Both the position numbers and the translations under genes were made by a program. A stretch of 64,000 bases of DNA from positions 3,902,443 through 3,966,442 of the forward strand of contig NW_003314265.1 of assembly GCF_000143415.4 (NCBI RefSeq), read 5' to 3'. This stretch comes from Selaginella moellendorffii. Lineage: Eukaryota > Plantae > Lycopodiophyta. Below the pieces are notes generated by a model. It had not been told where the DNA came from. It ran no database searches and saw only the letters and a program-made list of their open reading frames with translations. Of this stretch, positions 54,701 to 64,000 are shown piece by piece; the stretch's first letter is position 1, and each line of letters opens with the position of its first letter.

Positions 54701-57358
54701 ATAGTCCGCCGCAGTTGTACTCGACAACGCATTTGCCCTTGGAGTCACCCGCTATTGCGTTGAAGACCCAGGTGAGCATTTCCCATGCTGCACCTGGAGC
54801 TTTCTTTGGATTCGAAAGCTCCATAGCCGTCTTCAGTTCCTCAGGCACGGGTAAATTGACCTCCCTCAGATCAATTCGATCGGCTTTGTTGAACGAAGCT
54901 GGGAAGTCACTCCAGTCCCACTCTGCTGCAGGACCAATAACAAGGGCGACTGTGAAGATGCGGACATTCGTCGGTATCTTCTTCTTAGCCATTATCCCAT
55001 GGATCTCCCGCATCTCCTTGCCTTTCAACCGAGCCTTCACCTCGTTCAAGGCCTTCCAGAACTTGTGATAGGATTCGGAGTCGTAGATCATATAGTGGAC
55101 TGAAGATTCCACCTCCGCAAGTCCCACCATTAAGTCAATGATGGAGCTGACTTCGTCTGCATGAGTGATCTCCTCGTTTGTGAAGTCCATCACACAAAAG
55201 ATGTTCTTGACCTGCTCATCTCCGCGGGAAACGATACTCCTCCACCTTTGATCCTCATCCGAATTCACGTATACCCGGTAAGGTTCTCGATAGGCCTCTG
55301 CTACGGGGTCGAGCTGTTTCTGAAGCCGGCGGTCGACATCCCTCTTAATGAAATTTGGATACTGATCCAACTTCTCAGCTTTACTTTTCGTGGCATCCCG
55401 CAGCAGATCGATGAACTTGGGGGCCCCCTTCACGTACTCGTCGATGTCTTCATTTGACAAGTCCAGCTCTTCCATCATCTCTTGCGTGCTGTCGATGCTC
55501 ACCCTCGCCACGGCCACTTGCTCGAAGATCCAATCCTTCAATAGCGCACGAGCTCTCAGAGTCGTGCACAAGTCCTCGTATGTCACAATATGGCCGGGAG
55601 TCATTTTGGTCTTGTTGAAGACTACCTCACCACGTAGAAGAGCATTAGCCACTGTCAGAAGGTTGTCGTCGTCTAGAGACCGCGAGAAACGCAAGGCGTT
55701 GAGCTTCAAATCTTTGGGCTTCCGGCCGTCCTCCACACCCATTGAGTTTAGCAACTCCCCGTCATGGTACCTCCTCAGCACATCTACCCATTTGTCAAAA
55801 ACAACTTTTGTCGCGAGTAGAATGTTATGGATGCTGAGTGTGTCATTGACCCCCAGTGTTTTCGAGAGAAGACTCGAGAATTCCTGCAATGGAAATGGCG
55901 TGAGGCCACATGCTATGCCACATGCAACGAGGCTTACCTGCCAGGCGCTAGTTGCTAGTGCACGTCCTTGTCCTGGTTTTTGTGGCTTCTTCAGTTGAAC
56001 CCAGAGCTTCCGTGTTCGTGCCAATGTCTCGTGCAGACCCGATTTGTAGCACGTTTCTTGCTTGACATTCTGCGCGTGGGAGATGTATATGATAGATCGG
56101 AGGGGCGAGTTGCCTTTTATCAGGCGGACAACTCTTGTCTTGAAGACTTTCTTCACCTCCTCGCCCACCATAATATCCACAACTATCTGTTGCATCGCCA
56201 AGCTAGAATGCTGCCCGGAGACGGCATAGAACCGGATGTTCTGATCGTCCAACACCTTCCTATTGATCAAGTCTGGAAACCTTGTCTCGCCCTTCATTGT
56301 TCGGTAGTAGGGGATCACGTCTGCGATGTCGGGTGTTACTGGACTTGCCAGCATCTTCTGCTTCAGTTTCTCCACCCACTCATCAGATACTAGCCTGTGG
56401 TTGTATTTGCTTTGGATCTCGATACGGCTCACGTCGATTGTATATACTTTGTTGGAATAGTAACAAGTACTATTATCTGCGACGATTTTTGCTGCCTCTT
56501 CTTGCTCTTTCTGCTCTTTGTGGCTCTTCTTTTTGGTGGGTGTAGTGTTCGAACCCGAGGCAATGGCATCACCGAGTAGCTTCTTTTTTGGAGCAGCAGA
56601 GTCGGACGTCGGCTTGAGCTTGACCACCCTTTTCTGCTTCGGGGTAGTTTCCAGATCAACCCCCTTCCCCTTCGCTTCGCAAACTGGAGGCACTCTCAAC
56701 GGCTCAATGTTGGAATATAGTTTTTGAACATCGCCGTAGGTGAGGTCCGTGGATTCCATGTGATCTTCATAGACCCGCAACGTCTTTGAAATTGTGGGCC
56801 TTCTGGACAACCTCTCCCTAGCTCCCTCTAGGAATTCCTCATAGCCGCTGCCCCCCTCCGGGAAGCCGCTAGGATGTGCAAGGTGGATCTTGAAGGCGGA
56901 CGCTGTCTCTACCACAAGTGCCAGTCCATATTCTTGCATGGAACTGCATGGAGTGTCTGTCACTTGGATGAGGATCCCCATGCATTCTTTTCTCCCACCA
57001 TCTGTGTTGTACAGCATCAGATCCTCGCCTTCCATCCCGAAAGTCCAACTGGTGAGCTCCTCCCCCTTCTCTGCATCCACATTGACAGTGGCTGGAAGAA
57101 GAACGCAATTCCTCGCCTGTTCAAAAATGCACAACAATTAGAGCTGACAGATGAAAAGCTAGCAGCTGGAAATAACGTGAGGCCACACGCCATTCACCAC
57201 TGCATCAGATGTCTTGAGGCTGCATCCTAAGATGGCGTGAGGCTACACGCCATCTGTAACCGGACTGCACTCGAGAGCCCAATCGGTGCATGCCAATGTT
57301 GCTACTGAATGGCATGTGGCCTCATGCCATTTTCTACTTCGTCTAAAAGACTTACCAT
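51768..57358 (-). CDS. Predicted 11-exon ~1637-aa protein: ParB/Srx-like domain + degenerate DNA MTase-like fold + acidic/low-complexity linker + FCP1/NIF HAD domain
   Basis: Exons 57358-57356, 57116-55938, 55883-54575, 54524-54450, 54411-54322, 54272-54129, 54081-53530, 53472-53458, 53408-53301, 53253-52678, 52630-51768. All introns are GT-AG and phase-compatible (4914 nt total). Exon 1 (ATG only) is the least certain. Motifs: IDVSRI..NHRLVSDEWVEKL...FYAVSGQHS; KCVVEYNCGG..FRAALLKGVPCVAV; VFDLNGVL...VWTS...IIDDSPIK. Confidence 0.75.
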
Positions 57359-57559
57359 TTGAAGCCGAATGGAGGCCGTGACAATCGAGGCCGGACTCGC
57401 TGGCGAATGTGCACTGTGTGTGCAGCGGATCGTAGCAGCAAGGCTACTCTGCCACTTACAGTTGGAGAGTGGTGCTGAAATCTCCCGGGACGCCAAGTGG
57501 GCTGCGTGTGGGTGGTGGAGTGGGCGGCGGAGTTGGCGGCGAAGTTACAAACTGGGTGT

Positions 57560-57745
57560 GTCTTGAGGTGGACGCCGATGCACACGAGCGCGATGCGAGC
57601 GCGAGTGTGATGCAAGCGCGAGTGGACACCGATGCACACGAGAAACCTGTAGAGAAGTGAGCGTGATCGCGAGTGGGAGCGCGATGCGAGCGGGAGCGCG
57701 AGTGTGATGCGAGCGCGAGCGCGAGTGTGCGAGCGCGAGTACAAA
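57560..57745. repeat. CpG-rich low-complexity repeat (gatgcgagcgcgagtg)
   Basis: Directly visible upstream of the minus-strand gene. Confidence 0.8.
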
Positions 57746-58373
57746 GCAAAATGCAAAACCTAACCTCACACGCGCGAAATGTCACAACGGTTGGTAATCC
57801 CGCCACGTCATCATTCCTCGGACTTGGGCGCCACCATTAATTTCTGGATTGCCACGCGCATGCAAGCACGCAAAATCCAAAAGAAATCCGCAACGTCATC
57901 ATTCCTCGGACTGCATGCACGCGAAATCCAAAAGAAAGATCATGATTGGGATATCATTTAATACCCTCGCTATATTTATACCATGCATGATTGGATATTC
58001 CAAAGCATCTTGTATTTCCAAAAATGGCAGATGTTCAGCTAAATAAAGAAATTCTATCTGTTTCTATTTTTCTCTCAAATCAATATTATAGTGTGTGGGC
58101 TCATGCAATTTTGAACCAAAGAAACCCAAAAAACGTTGGACCCAAAATATTTTGAAAAAACCCAAAAAACCCTAAATATTTTAAACCCAAAAATCCAGGC
58201 GTCCTGTGGCGTTATTCCTTGAATGGCGTGTGGGCGCATGCCATTTTCAGGGCCAAATGCTGAATGGAGAAAAATTCCCTTTCAGTGCAAATGCTGCAAG
58301 AGGCAGATGCCGAGCACAAAGGACTGTAACTACCTCACATGACACAGATAAACTTTTCTCTATTTGGCAAAGA

Positions 58374-61259
58374 TAAACTTTATAGCGTGTGGGCTCATGC
58401 AATTTTGAACCCAAAAAATGCACCAAAAAATTCTCGGCGTCATCTGGCATTATCTCTTGAATGGCGTGGGGCCGCATGCCATTTTCAGGGGCACATAGGA
58501 GTATATTCCTAGGATATTCTGACACGCGCGAGATTTTTTTGAGTTTTCTGGAGATCCAACCGTTAGATCGCAACTAGATTTTACAGAATGGTATACAATG
58601 TCTTTCTTGATGACTCTGCAAAGAAGCATCTCGATCGGACACCACATGAGACCACACGAGCCTTACAATGTTTCAGGGGCATTTGCCATAGATCCGACCG
58701 TTATTTTGCTCCAAGATTTTACAGTTTGGTGTGCATTGACCTTTCCATCGACACTGCAAAGGGACATCACAATCAGATGCGGGATCACAAGAAACTAACT
58801 TCACTAACTCTGGTTTCACCAAGATCTACGTAAGGAGTTATGAAATGAAAGGACCCTCTCTATTAAAATGTGTTTATGGTCCTAGGGGCATTGTGACATA
58901 TCAAAGGATTTTGCATCAAGTTCTGTATTTGCATGTTTATCAAGCTACTGAATTGCTAAACCCTAAACCCTAAACCCTAAACCCTAAACATGTGGCAAAT
59001 GCTGCGTGAAGAAAGATGCCCTTTCTGGGCAAATGCTGTAAGAGGCAGATGCCGAGCAGATGTATCTCAGGCTAGCGAAGGGGACGAACGAAAGCTAGCT
59101 ATAAACATGACGGGATGCAAATAGATTACTAGGCTGGTCCTACGAAAATCAAAAACCATAATTGAAAACATTGAAAATGCAAAAAGAAAGGTTTATAATA
59201 TTTTTGAATTTTAGGCAACCAAAGGAATGTAAGTAGGGCATGTGTTTGTAAGTTTAAAAATGCCTCAACCACTTAAATTCCCAAGTAAATAAAGCTGTTT
59301 CTATTTTTGGTACAGGTAAACTTTATAGCGTGTGGGCTCATGCAATTTTGAACCCAAAAAATGCACCAAAAAATTCTCGGCGTCATCTGGCATTATCTCT
59401 TGAATGGCGTGGGGCCGCATGCCATTTTCAGGGGCACATAGGAGTATATTCCTAGGATATTCTGACACGCGCGAGATTTTTTTGAGTTTTCTGGAGATCC
59501 AACCGTTAGATCGCAACTAGATTTTACAGAATGGTATACAATGTCTTTCTTGATGACCCTGCAAAGAAGCATCTCAATCGGACACCACATGAGACCACAC
59601 GAGCCTTACAATGTTTCAGGGGCATTTGCCATAGATCCGACCGTTATTTTGCTCCAAGATTTCACAGTTTGGTGTGCATTGACCTTTCCATCGAAACTGC
59701 AAAGGGACATCACAATCAGATGCGGGATCACAAGAAACTAACTTCACTAACTCTGGTTTCACCAAGATCTACGTAAGGAGTTATGAAATGAAAGGACCCT
59801 CTCTATTGAAATGTGTTTATGGTCCTAGGGGCATTGTGACATATCAAAGGATTTTGCATCAAGTTCTGTATTTGCATGTTTATCAAGCTACTGAATTGCT
59901 AAACCCTAAACCCTAAACCCTAAACCCTAAACATGTGGCAAATGCTGCGTGAAGAAAGATGCCCTTTCTGGGCAAATGCTGTAAGAGGCAGATGCCGAGC
60001 AGATGTATCTCAGGCTAGCGAAGGGGACGAACGAAAGCTAGCTATAAACATGACGGGATGCAAATAGATTACTAGGCTGGTCCTACGAAAATCAAAAACC
60101 ATAATTGAAAACATTGAAAATGCAAAAAGAAAGGTTTATAATATTTTTGAATTTTAGGCAACCAAAGGAATGTAAGTAGGGCATGTGTTTGTAAGTTTAA
60201 AAATGCCTCAACCACTTAAATTCCCAAGTAAATAAAGCTGTTTCTATTTTTGGTACAGGTAAACTTTATAGCGTGTGGGCTCATGCAATTTTGAACCCAA
60301 AAAATGCACCAAAAAATTCTCGGCGTCATCTGGCATTATCTCTTGAATGGCGTGGGGCCGCATGCCATTTTCAGGGGCACATAGGAGTATATTCCTAGGA
60401 TATTCTGACACGCGCGAGATTGTTTTGAGTTTTCTGGAGATCCAACCGTTAGATCGCAACTAGATTTTACAGAATGGTATACAATGTCTTTCTTGATGAC
60501 CCTGCAAAGAAGCATCTCGATCGGACACCACATGAGACCACACGAGCCTTACAATGTTTCAGGGGCATTTGCCATAGATCCGACCGTTATTTTGCTCCAA
60601 GATTTTACAGTTTGGTGTGCATTGACCTTTCCATCGACACTGCAAAGGGACATCACAATCAGATGCGGGATCACAAGAAACTAACTTCACTAACTCTGGT
60701 TTCACCAAGATCTACGTAAGGAGTTATGAAATGAAAGGACCCTCTCTATTAAAATGTGTTTATGGTCCTAGGGGCATTGTGACATATCAAAGGATTTTGC
60801 ATCAAGTTCTGTATTTGCATGTTTATCAAGCTACTGAATTGCTAAACCCTAAACCCTAAACCCTAAACCCTAAACATGTGGCAAATGCTGCGTGAAGAAA
60901 GATGCCCTTTCTGGGCAAATGCTGTAAGAGGCAGATGCCGAGCAGATGTATCTCAGGCTAGCGAAGGGGACGAACGAAAGCTAGTTATAAACATGACGGG
61001 ATGCAAATAGATTACTAGGCTGGTCCTACGAAAATCAAAAACCATAATTGAAAACATTGAAAATGCAAAAAGAAAGGTTTATAATATTTTTGAATTTTAG
61101 GCAACCAAAGGAATGTAAGTAGGGCATGTGTTTGTAAGTTTAAAAATGCCTCAACCACTTAAATTCCCAAGTAAATAAAGCTGTTTCTATTTTTGGTACA
61201 GGTAAACTTTATAGCGTGTGGGCTCATGCAATTTTGAACCCAAAAATGCACCAAAAAAT
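58374..61259. repeat. Tandem array of near-identical 943-bp units (~3.05 copies), with a degenerate partial unit at ~58060-58330
   Basis: Unit starts at 58374, 59317, 60260 and 61203. Duplicated ORFs in the track are offset by exactly 943. Confidence 0.97.
58956..58989 (+). repeat. Interstitial plant telomere repeat (CCCTAAA)x4+, repeated at 59899-59932 and 60842-60875
   Basis: ctaaaccctaaaccctaaaccctaaaccctaaac in each unit. Confidence 0.95.
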
Positions 61260-61699
61260 GCTCGACTAGCATTATTCTTTGAATGGCGTGTGGCCTTATG
61301 TTGAGCATTATTCTTTGAATGGCGTGTGGCCTTATATTGCCATAAATGGACGTACACACACAGCGTAATTATTCCTTTACACGGCGAATAATCTTGGCGC
61401 GGATCGCTGACATGGCATGGCAAAGTTCGAATCACTGACATGGCACAGCTGGATCGAGGCAAGGACATGATGTGACAAAGTTCAACCTCCGACAGCAAAG
61501 TCTAGAAGCTACTCAGTTTGAAATTTGTCAGAGGAATCATAAGATCTGGTTTGTCAGAGGATTTGATGTGACGTTCAAGCGTGTGTTATTTTTGAATTCT
61601 CGAACTCATTCCTAGGTCTATCATTTTTGTGCGCCGTGTTCTTGGTTCCGCTGAGCGCAGTGAGCGCTGCTTGTGTAAGCGGCGTTGTGGGCTGTGGTT

Positions 61700-61845
61700 T
61701 ATGCGTCTACGAGCGGTTGCGGCATTGCGAGCGCCATTGCGAGCGGCAGTTTATGCGAGTGGCAGTTTGTGCGAGCGGCGCTACGAGCAGTTGCGGTGTT
61801 CCGAGCGGCGCTACGAGTAGTTGCGGTGTTGCGAGCGGCACTGTC
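61700..61845. repeat. CpG-rich low-complexity repeat (gcgagcggc...ttgc)
   Basis: Directly visible upstream of the transposase gene. Confidence 0.8.
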
Positions 61846-62205
61846 TTTGGTGTGGCTACCGCTTCCTCTTGATATTCGGCACTTGTGCTTCCTGGTATGT
61901 TCACCATGGAATGGCTTAGGACCACATTTCGAAATGGCATGAGGCCACATGCCATCTTGGGCCCTTGCAATTTCATGGCTAGCGTATTGTCATGTATGTT
62001 TTTACTTGCCTGCAGCTGTGTGTATATCAAGATGGCATGAGGGCTCATGCCAATTTTGTGAATGCGAAATTTCACGTGGGTGTCAATAGCATGTTTGAAT
62101 AATGGCATGTGGCCTCATGCTATTGAGGTTGTTTGGTATGTTATGATTTAGGCCATTCTCCAATCATTTTTTGTATGGTCTTAACTTCTTTTCTGCACTT
62201 TCAGA

Positions 62206-64000
62206 ATGGCCTTCAGGGTTGGGGAAAAGGTTTACATTTTGAATGGTGGGAAGAGAGTTGCAAAAGGGACCCTTGTGTCTATGGATCGGAACTTTGTTAT
62301 ACACTGTGAAAGGCTTGGGGAAGGCAATGCTGCTGTATCAGTAGAGACTGTCTTCGATGGGAATGTGGTCGCTATTGAACGAGGAGAGATGGTCGTCGGG
62401 GTAAATGTTGTTGTTGCCTTGAAAAATCTTCAGAAGAAAGCAGATGTTGGGGACAGCGCAAGTGCGACGCATGTTCCCTCCGTGGATCTTAAGAACCGTG
62501 CTACATGGATTCAGGCAAAAGTGTTTCTAAACAACCCCGAGGGGGAGGTGGTAGCTGAGGGCTTAGCCACAGTTGTCGATCCAAGAGATGCGGTTGCTAA
62601 TCAAGAATTGGGCTGGGATGATATTGGAGTTGCGATTTTAGAGGTTGTTGACACAGAAGAAAACAGTCTGACTATTGGAAGCATTGTGCGGTGGAAATTG
62701 AGGCACTTAGTGTTTGAGAATGTGAAGGATTCACAATCAAACACCACTACAACTGATGACAGAACATCTCTTCATGGGAAAAGAAAGTACACCTTCCTAA
62801 AGCGCAGCCAAAGGGATCTGAGCAACGAACCGAAAAGGCAGAAAATGGCGATGGAGGTTCGAATGGTCTCGACAGTTGCTTGTTGCAAGAGGAGGTGCTG
62901 TCAACATGCTGATTGGGATGCTATTGAAGAGGAGAGAGCAAGATACAAGACATTGTCCTGGAAGGCAGCTCGCAATTTTGTGTATGAGGCATTACGGTCA
63001 TCTGTTGATGCTTCAGAACATCAGGTGGGGGGCATGGTCTTCCAGAGGGGTTTGGTCTGCATGAAGGCATGGAGAATCATTTATGGAGTCCCTCGAAGCA
63101 CATTCTACAGAATCAAAACTGAGTTCGAGGAACAAAGGGTTCAACAGGCAGTCCATGGGAACGACGGTACGCACAAAACCAGGGGTCATGTTGTATATGG
63201 AGAGGCAATCTTCAAGAGGTTTGTCGAGACATGTAGCGAGCAGCAACCACATAAAACCCGCCTCTTGGAAGATGGAACACGAGACACCCAACGAGTTCTC
63301 CCTTCCATGTATACCAAGGGGGCCATATTGGAAGATGTGAATCGGGAACTCCAGAGTAATGGCTACAGGAAGCTGAGCCAATCTAGATTTAGTAGATTGT
63401 GGAGCAACAGGTTCAGGGATGTGAGTATAGGAAAGTACTCCAGCTTTTCAAAGTGTGACGAGTGCACTGCTATCAAAATGGCTTTGTCGAAGAATTCTTG
63501 CAGCGCTCAAGAGCGAGAGACGTTGGTTAGAAGGCGGCTCGACCACAACATCGAGCAGAGAAGCTGCAGGACTGCATATTATCATAACAGGATTCTCTCC
63601 ATGGAGAGACCTGACTCTTACCTCTGCATCATCCACGACAAAATGGACCAGAAAAAGACGTGCTTACCTCGACTCAATTCTGCCCCCAAGGCAATCTCTT
63701 CATCCATGCAGCTGCCTGTGTCTCTGTTTGGCATAATCGCTCATGGGCATGGTGCCCAGAACTATGGGAACTTCTTTGTACCTCTATGGGGTGGCGGGGG
63801 TGCAAACATGATGATTGCGTCCCTAGCAAAACACTTAAGGTCTCTGCAAAGTGCGCAGACTGAGCTGAACGGCCAACCCTTGCATAAGGCCCTTGTCGAT
63901 CGAACCCCATACAGGGTTCAGCTGGAGGAGGAGCAAAGGCTTGCAGTATCGCGTGGGGCCCCATGCCATCCCAGTGAATATGTTGGCCGTCAGATTGTAG
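62206..64000 (+). CDS. Sola-like (DDD/E) transposase, 3'-truncated by the window edge (>598 aa)
   Basis: Stop-free frame from ATG 62206 to the end of the window. CCKRRCC; CMKAWRIIYGVPRSTFYR (HTH-like); FSKCDEC...H (Zn-binding); IIHDKMDQKKTCLP (putative first catalytic Asp); GANMMI. The two N-terminal repeats resemble the En/Spm Tnp1-like domain. Confidence 0.8.
   Translation, partial: MAFRVGEKVYILNGGKRVAKGTLVSMDRNFVIHCERLGEGNAAVSVETVFDGNVVAIERGEMVVGVNVVVALKNLQKKADVGDSASATHVPSVDLKNRATWIQAKVFLNNPEGEVVAEGLATVVDPRDAVANQELGWDDIGVAILEVVDTEENSLTIGSIVRWKLRHLVFENVKDSQSNTTTTDDRTSLHGKRKYTFLKRSQRDLSNEPKRQKMAMEVRMVSTVACCKRRCCQHADWDAIEEERARYKTLSWKAARNFVYEALRSSVDASEHQVGGMVFQRGLVCMKAWRIIYGVPRSTFYRIKTEFEEQRVQQAVHGNDGTHKTRGHVVYGEAIFKRFVETCSEQQPHKTRLLEDGTRDTQRVLPSMYTKGAILEDVNRELQSNGYRKLSQSRFSRLWSNRFRDVSIGKYSSFSKCDECTAIKMALSKNSCSAQERETLVRRRLDHNIEQRSCRTAYYHNRILSMERPDSYLCIIHDKMDQKKTCLPRLNSAPKAISSSMQLPVSLFGIIAHGHGAQNYGNFFVPLWGGGGANMMIASLAKHLRSLQSAQTELNGQPLHKALVDRTPYRVQLEEEQRLAVSRGAPCHPSEYVGRQIV

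Larger units (their letters stand above)
51711..63970. repeat. Dispersed 24-bp palindrome AATGGCRTG-N6-CAYGCCATT (>20 copies, some degenerate)
   Basis: Copies at 51711, 52788, 52863, 54090, 54281, 54422 (half), 55894, 57171, 57231, 57308, ~58088, 58222, 58381, 58460, 59324, 59403, 60267, 60346, 61210, 61282/61318 (half), 61933, 62031, 62101, 63947. Confidence 0.92.
51430..64000. mobile_element. Large putative Sola-like DNA transposon (left end approximate, right end outside the window)
   Basis: Transposase-like ORF, divergent accessory gene, internal tandem array and an element-restricted palindrome. No terminus or TSD could be identified. Confidence 0.65.

Noticed and set aside
58450-60719. 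Repeated 65-81 aa ORFs in the 943-bp units
   Set aside because: No recognisable domain, and they recur only because the DNA is repeated
58956-60875. True telomere or chromosome end
   Set aside because: Only about four repeats per tract, internal to tandem units
51711-63970. CRISPR-like interpretation of the recurring palindrome
   Set aside because: Spacing is irregular (tens to thousands of bp), copies are degenerate and no cas genes are present

Overview
Eukaryotic land-plant genomic DNA. Very short GT-AG introns, tight gene packing, a PLS-type PPR gene and CCCTAAA telomere-like repeats suggest a compact genome such as the lycophyte Selaginella (inference). Layout: (1) 1-10.2 kb is decayed, nested Ty3/Gypsy retroelement debris with 12-bp tandem arrays. 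(2) 10.5-46.4 kb is a gene-dense host block: IQ-motif protein, TPR protein, RPL4, pectate lyase, S28 peptidase, a bulb-lectin gene with a partly inverted pseudogene copy, mL59, NIF phosphatase, 2S-albumin-like protein, C-type lectin RLK, HP30/Tric, plastid PGM, DVL peptide, PPR. (3) 48.8-51.1 kb is another Gypsy remnant. (4) ~51.4-64 kb (open to the right) looks like a large, intact DNA transposon and is the most interesting part. It carries two divergent genes around a 943-bp tandem array. The + gene is a Sola-like transposase ORF absent from the ORF track because it runs off the window. The - gene is an 11-exon model (~1637 aa, all splice phases consistent) fusing a ParB/Srx-like domain, a degenerate DNA-methyltransferase-like fold and an FCP1-type HAD phosphatase. 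More than 20 copies of a 24-bp palindrome (AATGGCRTG-N6-CAYGCCATT) lie in introns, UTRs, the array and even exons, and I saw none elsewhere in the window. This suggests a transposon-encoded parS/ParB-like or anti-silencing system. All domain calls are by-eye motif recognition; no database searches were run.
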